Shown piece by piece: positions 25,448-39,500 of a stretch of 64,000 nt of DNA. Source of the stretch: Macrostomum hystrix (Eukaryota; Animalia; Platyhelminthes). The position numbers were made by a program, and so were the translations under genes. The stretch spans positions 5,270,001-5,334,000 of the forward strand of contig CATNEN010000007.1 in the NCBI GenBank assembly GCA_950097015.1, written 5' to 3'. Numbering within the stretch: the stretch's first letter is position 1; every line of letters starts with the position of its first letter. Below the pieces are notes generated by a model that had not been told where the DNA came from, did not search any database, and worked only from the letters and a program-made list of their open reading frames with translations.

Positions 25448-27590
25448 GTGGATTGGTACCTATCTTTTATAGTTTTTTATTGTCTTGAATGTTTCATTTA
25501 ATGGTTTCAATAAAATAATATAAATGCATATATATCATTTAAGGCGCGTAACATTTTTGGAGGTCGATTTCTTAGTTTATTGTCTGTTCAAGCTAAAGAA
25601 CGTAAGAACGCAGGGGTAAAACAAACGTGTAACATTCTGTAACGTTCTAGATAAGAATTTCCACACTCTTGTCTAGTTAAAATCTACAAAAGTTCAGTTT
25701 TATTGCATAATGTTGATCTATTGTTAGCAAAGAAAAGTAAATTGAATTCGTAATAAATCCGTAATGTTGAGAGCATTTTTAATGCATTTTAAAGAATAAT
25801 CTCAGATTATCTAATTTGCACCATTAAAAACGAAGTAGGTTCAATCAGTATAACTTTAGAGTAAAGTGTAATAAATGATTCTATTTCATTTTGCAACACA
25901 TAGTAATAATGAATTTCTGAGAGCGCAATGGCATACCAATGGTATAAATTTATTATCACGTACGTATAAGCGTCGTATTACACAATTATTAAATTTAGTT
26001 GTTCCATGAGTGTTTTCCGGTGGTATAGCAGTATTGAATAATAAAAAGTAGGCGAAATGATTTTGGAGCCGTGCAAATTAAAGCTAATATCAGAATTTTG
26101 TTGATTTCTTTGCAATAAGTTGTAGAAAAATACGTAATTAATTCGTGTTTTTCCGCAGTAAAACTTTCAATCAAGTACTTTTATTCTTAGCTGGTGTGAT
26201 GCGTGACAGTCACGCATGTTGATTACTTGTCTGGCTTGAATTTGCACAGCAAAAATCATGTTGCTGGTCTGCCTTTTTGTCACACCGCCTTGACCTCGTC
26301 GCTGGCTATTGGACTTTACTCCCAAAGGCCTGGACGAAGCGGTGGCATTAACTAGTTGAACACATTCCAATATAGTGTCATGTGTAGTTGTGTATATAGA
26401 TAAGCTTATCAAATGCTATACAGCAGCATGTCAACAAGCAGAAAATGAGAAATTAGCAAAAATGTGTCTGCCAAACCTGTTTATAGGGAGCTATAGCTTG
26501 CCTTACATAGGTTGATATGTAAAATTGTTTACGGTGGGGTAAACGCTCATATTTATCTGTGTAGTACACTGACCTGATTCTAATCTCTAATTTATTTTAG
26601 TGACTAATTTATTCAGAGCAAAGCAAAATTGACTGTAAATAGTGACAACATGCAAAATAAGAGCCACTTAAAAACATAATGACATTAGATGCAAATATAT
26701 TTGTAACACCAGAGCAGAGCTGTGCGTGAATTCGAGATTGGATGTTCGAGATCACGATGAAAAGTTATGTTCCACAATCTGCATTCTGCTGCACTTTCAT
26801 TGCGGTAGCAAGCCACAGGAATGCCCGAGCGTAAGATGTGGTACACGCTGCGGCCTGCGACCCAACACGACTGGCAGATGGCAGTGAGGGAGCGAGCCTG
26901 TTAGCGAAGAAAAACACAGATCAATGCGAGGGGCAAAGACCCACAGCAATGCCCTACACATCTGTCATGCAAAGGAAAGACTTTCATAGGCGCATAACCT
27001 TTTGCAAGTGCCGCGCCCAAATGCCTCGCTTGCCTAGGCCGAAATGGCACGGTCAGGCCCCGGGCTGTGGTCGCCAGCGGGTCTGTTGCGCAGTACAACT
27101 GAGAGAGAGAGAATCGGGGAAGGGCTGTGTGGGGAAGCGTTTCCGGTCAATACTTCGCGCAGGCCGGGTCCGAACCGATAGCGCCTATTGCCCGACTGTG
27201 CAGCTGGGGAGAAACCCTCTCGGCTTTGATCGCATACTGCATCTGTGCAATATCCCGGAAAGGAATCGCTTTTCCCGACGACGGAGAAGACAAGGCCGTG
27301 ATGTGAACATCTGCTGCGGCTGTACAGCACCGGAGCCATCTGAACAAGCAGCAGCTGCAGCTCCACTCCAGGCCGATGAGGTGGACGTTGGGGGTCTGGG
27401 TTGCTATTTCAATTCGGGCCACTCGCCCCAGCTGCCTTCGCTTGCCCGGCTCCCTGATCCAGCCCCACTAGCAGTCTGATCGCCACTTCCTCACTAGCTC
27501 TCAATCCTGCACTTTACACTATAGAGATCTGATCTTAGCCTTTAAAGTATTCAAACCTAGCTTTTTTTGCAAAAAATAACGATTTCAAAC

Positions 27591-30500
27591 ATGGACCCGG
27601 CAGCTCTGTAAGTGGTACTCGGATACTAGATATATCATGTTGACGATTTGACTGTTGGTTGCTACTGTTCTCAGCAGAGCAGTTTTCCTGCAGTGCTCAC
27701 CCACTGTACTTATAGGCCACAAGAGCATGGCTCAGCAGTAGGCAGCGCTTTAAAAGAGCTGCAAAATATTAGTACTTAGTATGCCATGTTGTTACGCTCC
27801 TAAATTTCTCTATGAACTGAGTCAAAGAAATTAAGCAACACAAGTGAAACAAACAAGTTGCTTGCGTCGGCAAGCAAGACATGATAGCTTTTTAGAATTT
27901 TTAGAATTTCGAATAATCAATCAACGGCCAGAACCTTTGAAAAACTCGACGGTCTGAAGGACAGGCAACTTTAGTGTTGTTTCAGAAGATGCGCAACAAA
28001 AAATAGACTAATGTTCTTAAGTCTCTTGGAAATATTTCCCTTAGTTGTTTTACTGTTAACTCGATAAGTAAGTTACGCCAAACCGGCTATTCGGGGCATT
28101 GACAAAATTTCCACAGTCGATAACAGCCGCGAAAAATCGAGAATGAGCTTTGAAATTAGAGAAGTGATTAAAGAAAGTCAAGTAACTACAATCAGTTAGC
28201 TTCTGTTTCATACTCAAGTTAACTTTGTACTCGTAGTTGCCAGTGGTGAGTTGAATTGTGATCTAGATCTAGGGCCACAAAAACTGAAACCACACACGGA
28301 AGCACTCAAACTGCTTTATTGAAATGCTCCCAGGTGCTTTATTGAAAAACAGAACAGTGACAAGTGATCTCGCATGCTTGACAAAGCCAATCCTTTGCTG
28401 AGCCGTACAAATTCTCGTGCGACTACTGAGTAAATTGTCTGTTTTTTATTGTGCAACTTTAACCCGGTTTACACCTGACAGTTTTGTTATTTAGATTCAA
28501 TTTGCCCCAAGGCCTCCAGCGAAACCTCTTTTCCTTATCTATCCATCCGTTTCGCGCGGTATTTAATCGGAGGAGGCGGTCTAGAATGCGATTTATTAAT
28601 GTACATCCAATGTACATGCGGCGTTTTTGTGTTGTGTGAACTAACCAAGGGAAGACCCAAGGTTTCAGCTCACCCGCCCTATAAAGCTTAAATCGTTTTC
28701 TCTCCGTCTCGTTCCGTTTCTCTCCGTACTGTCTGTCGTGAAAATATTCCAGCCAATTAATGTTCGGCTCGGTGGAAATAATTTTGTTCGCACACTGATT
28801 CGCCAGCAGAAACAGCCGAAAACAGAACTTTGCCAGCTGCAACTGCTGAACTCTCATTAGCCACCGTTCCACAAACCGCCCGCAGCCGTCCGAACTAAAG
28901 TCACTGAGCACCTCTCTTCCGACACTTCCAAGTTGTTTTGCTTGTTTCCACAGACCCTCGAGTCCTGTGATTCTGTTTCTGTCTACCTTAACTGCACAAC
29001 AGCCGCAAACATAGGGAACCTAGTTAAAGGCCGAGGAGGTCAGAGGTCGAGGCCGGCTGCCGCTGGGTGAGTTGTCCCGCTGAGTAGTGACTCAATATCA
29101 ATTATAGACAGTGTCTTCAGCTGCCGTGACAAGTTGCTGTTAGAAGCGAGAAGACACTGCACAATGCTTCTTTCACATGGGGTCTTGAATACAGTTTACT
29201 AAACTGCATGAAAATTTTATTGTTAAAGCATTGGTGAGAGCATGCCATTTACCTTCAACTTAGCATGGATTTCTTAGAAACAATACTTGTTGCTCATAGT
29301 TCGTACTGCTTGTTTTGCCTTTAACAACAAAATCTCACAAAGCAAAGCAAATTGGGGCAACAACCTACACTCATCTCGCATAGATGTTATTCCGAAAATA
29401 TTTAGAGATCATATAAAGAGCTTAATTCTAAAATCTCCTAGAGTCAACTTTCAACGCATCTCGCATGCGCTACTGGCAAGTAGTATATATACTCATAAAA
29501 TCAACAACCGGACGTTAAAAAGTTCCAAACAAAGGAAAGCAAAGCCGCAGTTGCCAATAAAACAGGGTGCACAATTCAAATTTGAAAATACGTTTCGCGT
29601 TACAATTATTTTGTCATTTAAAGTAGAAGTATAAAAGTGCATCCAAACAATCTTCACCACAGTGAGACCGGTGCGACCATCCAGGACATTGACCCGGAGA
29701 TAATTGCCTACCTCGAGGAAGGCTTCAGGAAACTGCAGGCCGATCCTGACTGCAAGTCTCTGCTAAAGAAGCACCTCACTGCCGAGGTGCTACAGAAGCT
29801 GAAGGGACTGAAGACTGCGACCTTTGGATCGACGCTGAAGGATGTTATCCAATCAGGTACGAGCGTGGATATGACACATGAATACATTGTAATTTCAGTC
29901 TTAACTTGACAAACGTCACAATTCGATGTGCAAACTACGCAGGTGTGGAGAACCCGGACTCCGGAGTGGGAGTGTACGCCCCTGACGCCGAGGCCTACAC
30001 GGTGTTTGAGGACCTGTTCGACCCGATCATCGAGGAGTACCACGGAGGCTTCAAGAAGACTGACAAGCACCCGCCGTGCACTCTGGGCGACGCCAGCCAG
30101 TTCGGCGACGTGGACCCGGAGGGAAAGTACGTGGTGTCGACTCGCATCCGCTGCGGCAGGTCGGTCAAGCAGTTCCCGTTCAACCCGAACATGACCGAGG
30201 AGCATTACAGGCAGCTGGAGGAGCTGGTGTCGGGCACGCTGAAGGACCTGACTGGCGAGCTGAAGGGCACCTACTACCCGCTGACCGGCATGACGAAGGA
30301 GGTGCAGCAGCAGCTGATTGACGACCACTTTTTGTTCAAGGAGGGCGACCGGTTCCTGCAGAAGGCGAACGCGTGCCGCTTCTGGCCGACCGGACGAGGC
30401 ATCTACCACAACGACAGCAAGACGTTCCTGGTGTGGGTGGGCGAGGAGGACCACATGCGCATCATCTCGATGCAGAAGGGCGGCTGCATCAGGGAGGTGT

Positions 30501-33500
30501 ACGGCCGGCTGGTGCACGCGGTGAACGAGATCGAGAAGCGCATGGAGTTCAGCCACGACGACCGTCTCGGCTTCCTCACCTTCTGTCCGTCGAACCTCGG
30601 CACCACGATCCGCGCCTCCGTGCACATCAAGCTGCCCAAGCTGGCCGCCGGAGGTCAGGACGCTCTGCAGCGAGTGGCCGACCGCTTCCAGCTGCAGGTG
30701 CGCGGCTCGGCCGGCGAGCACTCCGAGGCCGTCGGCGGTCTCTACGACATCTCGAACAAGGAGCGCATGGGCCTCACCGAGTTCGACGCAGTCAACAAGA
30801 TGAACCACGGCATCGCCGAGCTCATCCGCATGGAGAAGGAGCTCGAGCAGGGCGTCGACTCCGCGGTGGTCAGCTACGTCGAGGCCGGCTTCCACAAGCT
30901 GCAGAGCGACGACTCGTGCCACTCGCTGCTGAAGAAGCACCTCACCCAGGAGGTACTGGACAAGCTGAAGAACCTGAGCACCCCGTCGTTCGGCTCCACC
31001 CTGAAGGACGTCATCCAGTCAGGTGAGGTTTACTACTGCTTAGCATTTTTTCAGCGGGCTGTATTTTCATAATAAAATGTCTTCTGTCACCTAATGTTCT
31101 GCTACTTTTAGAATGAGTATTCGAAATGAACTGGGCTCGCTTTACATGTCCACGACGAAATTTTGGCGCTTTAACTTTGGAAGTTTTCGCCATTGAGGCA
31201 TTCGCCTGTTGGCCTACTGCTCTGATATAAAAATCCAAATATGTATTTTTTTCCTTTTCATGGCCTATCAGACGGTGCTGTTCTTTTGAACCTTTAGTAA
31301 TTGTTGTGTGGTCATGGGCTGTCCCGATTTCTCTGAAATTGTCTGCTTTTATCCGATCGGATATTCGTAACCATGCTTCGTTTATGGGATTGATATGGCA
31401 TTGACTTGATACTCTGAGTTAAATCTTGGCAAAATTTTTCCTCTTCTAGAGATTCTTGAGCTACTGTAATCTAGGACTTGGTGTTTATCTTAATTTCTTT
31501 CTGCTCAGTCCTGACTTGTCATCATATGTAATGAGTACGTGCGACGGATCGCTAAACAGGATCTCCAGAGTCGTGTTGTTTTTGCTGTTGCTAGTGCCCG
31601 GAATTGCGAGGGATCTGTCGATGTGGGTGACTTGTGGGTCACTGGTTTCCTCCACAGATCCAGGAAAGCGAGCCCAGTTGGGGTTGACGGGGAGTTAAAG
31701 AGGTCTGCGTCTTCCACGCAGCTTGCGCTGTGCCTTGTTGGCACCGGTTTCGGAGCGGTCGATTTCCGCGCCCAGAGGAGGATGAGGAGGCAAATGGCAA
31801 ATGTTGTGAAGGACGCAGGCAGAGTGCACATTAGTTATGATGGCGCAGATGTTCTCGCGGTGGCAATAAAGTTGATGAAGTTAAAAAGCGAAAGGCGGAG
31901 ATGATCAGCGCGGATGTTCCTGGCCTGTCTGACCTGTTGGGTGGCATCGTAGCATGGATGGTCAGGATCCTGCGTGCAGAGTTAGAAACGGAGCGGCAAC
32001 CATCTTTGAGTGCTGTTGAACCGGTTGGGAGAGGCATTCTCGGTGCAGTTGTGAGATGCAGAATGCTCTAGTGGCAGCCGGTGATGACCCGGAGGGTGCA
32101 GATTTCGGCAGTTCGGGGCAAGTTCCAGCTGGTGTCACTGAGATATGGTGCCCAGACTGGAGCGCGGTAGTTGGCATGAGACCTTCAAATTGCCTTGAAA
32201 TTTGCCAGCAGCGTTGAGGACGCAGGACTCAGGAAAGCCCTAAGGACGCTGTTGCTGGCGTGGATCTTGTTGGCCATGGCTTCGGTGTGCTCATGGAACT
32301 TAAGCATCAAAGATGACGCCCAGGATTTCCGGTTAGGTGAGGTTGAGAATCGAGTTTCCAGGTGTGAACAGGGAATGGGCATTTCGGAATTCATGCGTGG
32401 TAGAGGAGAACAGAGAGTCTAGATGCGGCTGATGATGGAAGAACGAGCGCAGATGTCAATGTCGATGACGCAGTGAGTCCGGAGCTAAGTCAGCGTGGAA
32501 TCAGGCGGTGACCGGGTGGCTGGTAGTGGCATTCGAGTACTGGAGGCTGATGGGAGCGGTAAGCCTGCGAGACACCGGCCTGCGTGCCTAGCCGCCGACT
32601 CACTGACTGCCTACCCACGAACAAGGACCGGTTTCAGGGTCAGATAGGAGTTATCTGGTGTTTCCAAACAATGCCGCAGCAGAGAGAGTGCCCCTGACGG
32701 TCCGGCTTGAAGCACTCGGAAGAGCGACTGTGAGTCGGCCAGCTACCTCTAAGCCACAGCATTAAAGGCCTGGGCTTTCAGGCTAGGCCTCTCAGCCGAT
32801 GCGCAAAGCGGTCTTCAACGCCCGAAAAAGTGAGGCGGCTGCCACTGCGGCTTCCACGTCTCGTGCCGCCACAGAACCTTCAGCAGAAGCAAGCCGCCGC
32901 CTCCTCCGCTGCGGGTGCCGCCAGTCCAGAGCTCAAATGTGAAATTCACATTTTTCAACGAAAGATAAATGTTTTAGCAGGAATTCACAGCAGAGAATTT
33001 GGCAACGAATGTACAAAAATCATAATTGCAATGGCCTAAAGCTTTCTGTATTTGCTATTAGTTATTAGTTCTGACTAATAGCTGTCTTGTACCCAAAAAT
33101 TCAAGGAAGCGGAATTCACTAACCTCGTTAGTGAGCACGTACGTTTTTTGAATCTGCACTTGTGTACGCTTCCTAAATGCTTCAAAATTCGAATTAGTAT
33201 AAATTTTTTTCTTGAAGGTTTGGGTGTCTGCTAGCTTCCTTTCTGGCATGCAAGCTTCGCGAACGGAACTTTTTTATCCGTTTTGATGTGATAGGCACGA
33301 AATCTATAGATTATCGATGTAATGCAACATTAGAAACAGGTGAATATTATAATAGAGAGTTAAGTCGGGGACCAATTGTTCACGCGATGCGAACTGGAAA
33401 AGTGCCACGACACTATGTAGTACCACTACACTTTTGTAATTGCCATTCATAACAAAAAAATAAAGCCTGTTATCAAACCCTTCTTTTGTCGTTATCTGTG

Positions 33501-36500
33501 CGTCGGTGAATACTTACCTGAGCATTAAGACGCTGAACTGTGAAATTGCGTCCTGGGATTCAAAGGCCTCACGTATTAGCAACATTTATTTCACGATTTG
33601 TCTGTAATCATTTAAGTACACGAGAAATTTTGTGGCTTCAACCAAGTATTCTCTCTCTCATGCACATGTAGTAATTTCGGAGGCGGGTTCAGCAGCTCCG
33701 CTCGCCAGGTGTGTTACAGGTTCGGGTACTTGGGGTTGGTAGCAGAGCGCTTCACGTGTTTGCTTCTCGCACCAAGGTCCATGAGCTCGATTACGTGACG
33801 AGGCCACACTCATTTGGGGCGCATTTTAAGCCCTCGAGGGCCTCGAAGGCACACTGGAAGTGTACACTGCCTGACGATGAGAAACTAAGGGCACATGTAC
33901 AAACCTTCGTGAGCATGGGCCAGCGTACTGTTTCTGTGTGCGTAAGTGTTCAGGAGTAAGTAGCAGAATTGCCCTCCTACCTGGCTGTGTCTAGTGGCAC
34001 CAAATAATAGACAACTGCGAGGAGACTTCTGAAATTTTTATTATTTTCAAATAAGATGAAGCTACGTCTACATCGTTCCAGGCGTGGAGAACCCGGACTC
34101 CGGAGTGGGAGTGTACGCCCCTGACGCCGAGGCCTACACGGTGTTTGCGGACCTGTTCGACCCGATCATCGAGGAGTACCACGGAGGCTTCAAGAAGACT
34201 GACAAGCACCCGCCGTGCACTCTGGGCGACGCCAGCCAGTTCGGCGACGTGGACCCGGAGGGAAAGTACGTGGTGTCGACTCGCATCCGCTGCGGCAGGT
34301 CGGTCAAGCAGTTCCCGTTCAACCCGAACATGACCGAGGAGCACTACAGGCAGCTGGAGGAGCTGGTGTCGGGCACGCTGAAGGACCTGACTGGCGAGCT
34401 GAAGGGCACCTACTACCCGCTGACCGGCATGACGAAGGAGGTGCAGCAGCAGCTGATTGACGACCACTTTTTGTTCAAGGAGGGCGACCGGTTCCTGCAG
34501 AAGGCGAACGCGTGCCGCTTCTGGCCGACCGGACGAGGCATCTACCACAACGACAGCAAGACGTTCCTGGTGTGGGTGGGCGAGGAGGACCACATGCGCA
34601 TCATCTCGATGCAGAAGGGCGGCTGCATCAGGGAGGTGTACGGCCGGCTGGTGCACGCGGTGAACGAGATCGAGAAGCGCATGGAGTTCAGCCACGACGA
34701 CCGTCTCGGCTTCCTCACCTTCTGTCCGTCGAACCTCGGCACCACGATCCGCGCCTCCGTGCACATCAAGCTGCCCAAGCTGGCCGCCGGAGGTCAGGAC
34801 GCTCTGCAGCGAGTGGCCGACCGCTTCCAGCTGCAGGTGCGCGGCTCGGCCGGCGAGCACTCCGAGGCCGTCGGCGGTCTCTACGACATCTCGAACAAGG
34901 AGCGCATGGGCCTCACCGAGTTCGACGCCGTCAACAAGATGAACCACGGCATCGCCGAGCTCATCCGCATGGAGAAGGAGCTCGAGCAGGGCGTCGACTC
35001 CGCGGTGGTCAGCTACGTCGAGGCCGGCTTCCACAAGCTGCAGAGCGACGACTCGTGCCACTCGCTGCTGAAGAAGCACCTCACCCAAGAGGTGCTGGAC
35101 AAGCTGAAGAACCTGAGCACCCCTTCGTTCGGCTCCACCCTGAAGGACGTCATCCAGTCAGGTGAGCTGCTTTCTTTTTCCTGCTTGCTTCCAATGCATT
35201 CTTTGACTTTTGTAATCTTTTGAGACAATATATTAGTCGTTTGACTGGAGCCCTTACGTTTTGAAATTATTTTAGCCTGCTTAGGAGGCTATGTAAACGT
35301 ATTTCGCATGGACTTTCTGTTACAAATCAAGTATTTTTTTGTTCCAATAGTTAAAAGTTATAGTGATACTACCATTTAAACAGCTGCTCACACATGTGCG
35401 CGAAATTGTCGTCTGAGGAGACTTGGTATTCGTCATTACTTTCTTCAATGAATCCTTAACGAAGGCCTTCGTTTTGGTCACCAGAAGACGTCCGTGTTCA
35501 CCAGGAAGACGTCGATATGGAGGCTGTGAAATTCATAAGCAGCATGGGAAGATTTGATCTTAGTCCTATCATCTGAAGTTGCTCTTTGGAAGTCGGCTGA
35601 GACAATTGAGACCTCTTTGTGCCCAATGCTAAATATATTTTAAAAGACGCAGAGGATTCAAAGGCTCCTAGTGCTCGCGTAGTTGTTGTGTCCGCGCCAC
35701 GAAGGTTCGCTTGTGGAAGCTCGTCATAACTTTGACAATATTTGCGTTTAACGACCGTGGCTTTGAAGCACATGGCCAATGAGGCACTCTCGTGAATGCT
35801 TTAGTTTGCAGCTGACAGGTTGAACGGCTAATCAGGACTCCAATATCGCATATTTCTCTTAAAGGGACGTGTTAGTTCAACGCATCGTGATACTTTTTTT
35901 CAGCTCTGCTAGCTTTAGCACTCTCAGAGCGATTCCATTTGGCCCGCAAAAGTGTCCGACTTTATTTTAGCGAGAACATGACAGACTTCAGCAGCGCTAA
36001 GCAACCATAGTTGACCTCATTCTTCTTTGACATCGCTATGTCTGGTATCGAGACGAGTTGGTTAACTTGGGAGGGCGCGCTGATGCCGCACTGGTAGCGT
36101 TCAACGAAGTTAGATTTTTTTATCTTCGATCGAGTCACAGCCGAACGAAGCATATTGTCAAGGCTTACAGCCGGTCAGTTCAATAACTGGCTCTTAAATT
36201 TTTCTTCCTGCTTAATCACTAATGGTTAAAAGCCCAAAGCCGATTTGACAAGCAGCCAATAAACGAGATCACTATTGTTATAATATGGCTCGTAGAAAAT
36301 TTGGAAAAAAATTCATCATGAGTCTACTTTGACTATAGCGCTTGTTACCTTTGATGATGGGCTCTACCACACGGCAAGTGCATTTGATTTATTTTCAATG
36401 TATGTTTATGCGACTAATTTTAAGCCGCATCACGTGTATTCTTTATGACGTGGAAGGAATTGCGGTGCCACCTGACTGTGATTATGTATACTTCCCGCTC

Positions 36501-39500
36501 GATATATATCCACCTGCTGCGGACAGTTAATTAAATTCAAGGCTTCACACTGGTTCTTTATTGTTAGGTTGCAAAAAGCTTACCGGCCATTCTTCCAGGA
36601 AGGAGTGCTTCCAGGAATTCACAAAATAATTATCCTCCAAATGTAACGCTTTCTTTACTTTTCAGAAAAAACGTCAGAAAAATAAACGCCGTTAGGACAG
36701 ACGTACGAGTATATCATTCAATAGTTTGTTGTAATTGCTCCCAAGTAGCAGTGGAAGGGTAGGTCTCCGATTGCTTGAAACTCCCAGGTCCCGACCAAAA
36801 ACATCTGCCCCGGACACCTGAGACGGAGCCCTGCACAGCGAGAGCTCACCGCTCTGGCTCACCGACGGCGAGAGTTCACCCCTCTGGGTCACCGACTATC
36901 CCAAAATGAGGATGCACGTGGACCCCTCTAAATTTTAGGGCACGTTAATTATCTTTGACTACATGCAAGCAACGACCAGGCAACAAAAAAGTATAAAATC
37001 TCAAATTATTTAAAATATGAGTACTTTAAAATTACTGAATTTTTAATTCTTTCCAGTGTGTAATTCTGTTTATGTTTTTTCGCGTAGGGTACTAAATCAG
37101 TAAAAAACGTGTGAATGCTCCTTGATATCCAGCTATAGAGATTGCCTCGAAGCATAACTTTTCGAACGTTAAATTAATCCTTGCAGGTGTGGAGAACCCG
37201 GACTCCGGAGTGGGAGTGTACGCCCCTGACGCCGAGGCCTACACGGTGTTTGCGGACCTGTTCGACCCGATCATCGGGGAGTACCACGGAGGCTTCAAGA
37301 AGACTGACAAGCACCCGCCGTGCACTCTGGGCGACGCCAGCCAGTTCGGCGACGTGGACCCGGAGGGAAAGTACGTGGTGTCGACTCGCATCCGCTGCGG
37401 CAGGTCGGTCAAGCAGTTCCCGTTCAACCCGAACATGACCGAGGAGCACTACAGGCAGCTGGAGGAGCTGGTGTCGGGCACGCTGAAGGACCTGACTGGC
37501 GAGCTGAAGGGCACCTACTACCCGCTGACCGGCATGACGAAGGAGGTGCAGCAGCAGCTGATTGACGACCACTTTTTGTTCAAGGAGGGCGACCGGTTCC
37601 TGCAGAAGGCGAACGCGTGCCGCTTCTGGCCGACCGGACGAGGCATCTACCACAACGACAGCAAGACGTTCCTGGTGTGGGTGGGCGAGGAGGACCACAT
37701 GCGCATCATCTCGATGCAGAAGGGCGGCTGCATCAGGGAGGTGTACGGCCGGCTGGTGCACGCGGTGAACGAGATCGAGAAGCGCATGGAGTTCAGCCAC
37801 GACGACCGTCTCGGCTTCCTCACCTTCTGTCCGTCGAACCTCGGCACCACGATCCGCGCCTCCGTGCACATCAAGCTGCCCAAGCTGGCCGCCGGAGGTC
37901 AGGACGCTCTGCAGCGAGTGGCCGACCGCTTCCAGCTGCAGGTGCGCGGCTCGGCCGGCGAGCACTCCGAGGCCGTCGGCGGTCTCTACGACATCTCGAA
38001 CAAGGAGCGCATGGGCCTCACCGAGTTCGACGCCGTCAACAAGATGAACCACGGCATCGCCGAGCTCATCCGCATGGAGAAGGAGCTCGAGCAGGGCGTC
38101 GACTCCGCGGTGGTCAGCTACGTCGAGGCCGGCTTCCACAAGCTGCAGAGCGACGACTCGTGCCACTCGCTGCTGAAGAAGCACCTCACCCAGGAGGTAC
38201 TGGACAAGCTGAAGAACCTGAGCACCCCGTCGTTCGGCTCCACCCTGAAGGACGTCATCCAGTCAGGTGAGTCATTCGTTCTTATTTCGTTTCTTGTGCA
38301 ATAATGAATCAGAGGCTGAGACCTGGTAGTCTATTAGTCGCTTCTTGTGAGAATTTTCGCGTGCATGAATTGTTCAGTCTCTATGCCGAGTCTTTATCCC
38401 TAATGACCAGTTTGTGCTTTTTAGACCGTCTGGTTCTCTGTAACGAAGTTGGGAGCCTTATGATTAGCGGCTAGCTGAACTTAAGACAATTAAATTAGAA
38501 GAAACAATAGTGGGGGTGAAAAAATAGGCGTAAATTTCGAAGTACAATATCCAGATAAATAATTGTGGATTGCTTGCTTTGAATTGACTCTGCTTTTTCG
38601 TGATTTAATTCACAAACAAGCGGAAGAATTTAAAGGATTAGATTGCAATTGATAATCTGGCAATTGTGAGATCATCAGCAATAATTGTATTTATTTTATA
38701 CTTTCTTATCTTTTCAGTGCATGAACTTAAAAAGCTTTTAAAAGCAAAGCAATTATTAATCAGCAACTCAAACGTAACGCAACAGCAAAGGTGCCCGAGG
38801 CCGTCCAGCATGGCGCTGTAGGGTTGGCGGGACAAGTGAACATGTGCGCCATTGTGTGCACACCAGTCAAGCTTTGGTGGCACTGTCCTGGCTTCAGGCG
38901 GGTTCAGAAATTTCGTTTCGCTAGCTAGGTGACTGGCGTGGCCGCTCTGCAGATGTGTGACGCCTCTCTTGTAGAAAGCAGCTCTTGTATGAACGTAAAC
39001 ATACGACGTTGATTTTTGCTGAATAACCTGAAAGCATCTTTAGAGATGTCTAGAGTCAATCCTCAGCCAAATTGTTGGGCACAGTCAAGGCTAGAAAAAG
39101 CTCCTTCATATAACAATAATAATAATACAATTAATAAAACATGGCCCGAAAATGGGGGGGGAAGCGACAAAACGCGCGCTTAAGGACTAGTTCGCGGACA
39201 TGTTTCACTCCGTCAGCCTGGCTCGGGGCACACGCGTCGGAGAAGAGCAGGTCGATGTAACAGGCCGATCGTCCCTGTCCGCGCCTGCGCGGTCCCTGCG
39301 TAGTCCACAGAAGCACATCCTTCAGCGGCTCAGGGCAGTAGGCTTCAGCCCTGATAACGTGCCCAGCCAGCCGCAGGCGCCGCTGTCTCAGCAGGCTGGA
39401 ACGTCAGTCGCGCTTGCTTGTACAGTGAGTCGGTCGTGTCGCTTCCAGGGCCGCGGCGGGCGCTAAACGAAGCGCGAAGCAGGGCAGCATGTGTCGCGAT

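Noticed and set aside
26838-27479. 213-aa ORF upstream of the AK gene
   Set aside because: No recognisable domain and only a weak donor; may be a decayed retroelement on the minus strand, but motifs are too eroded to call
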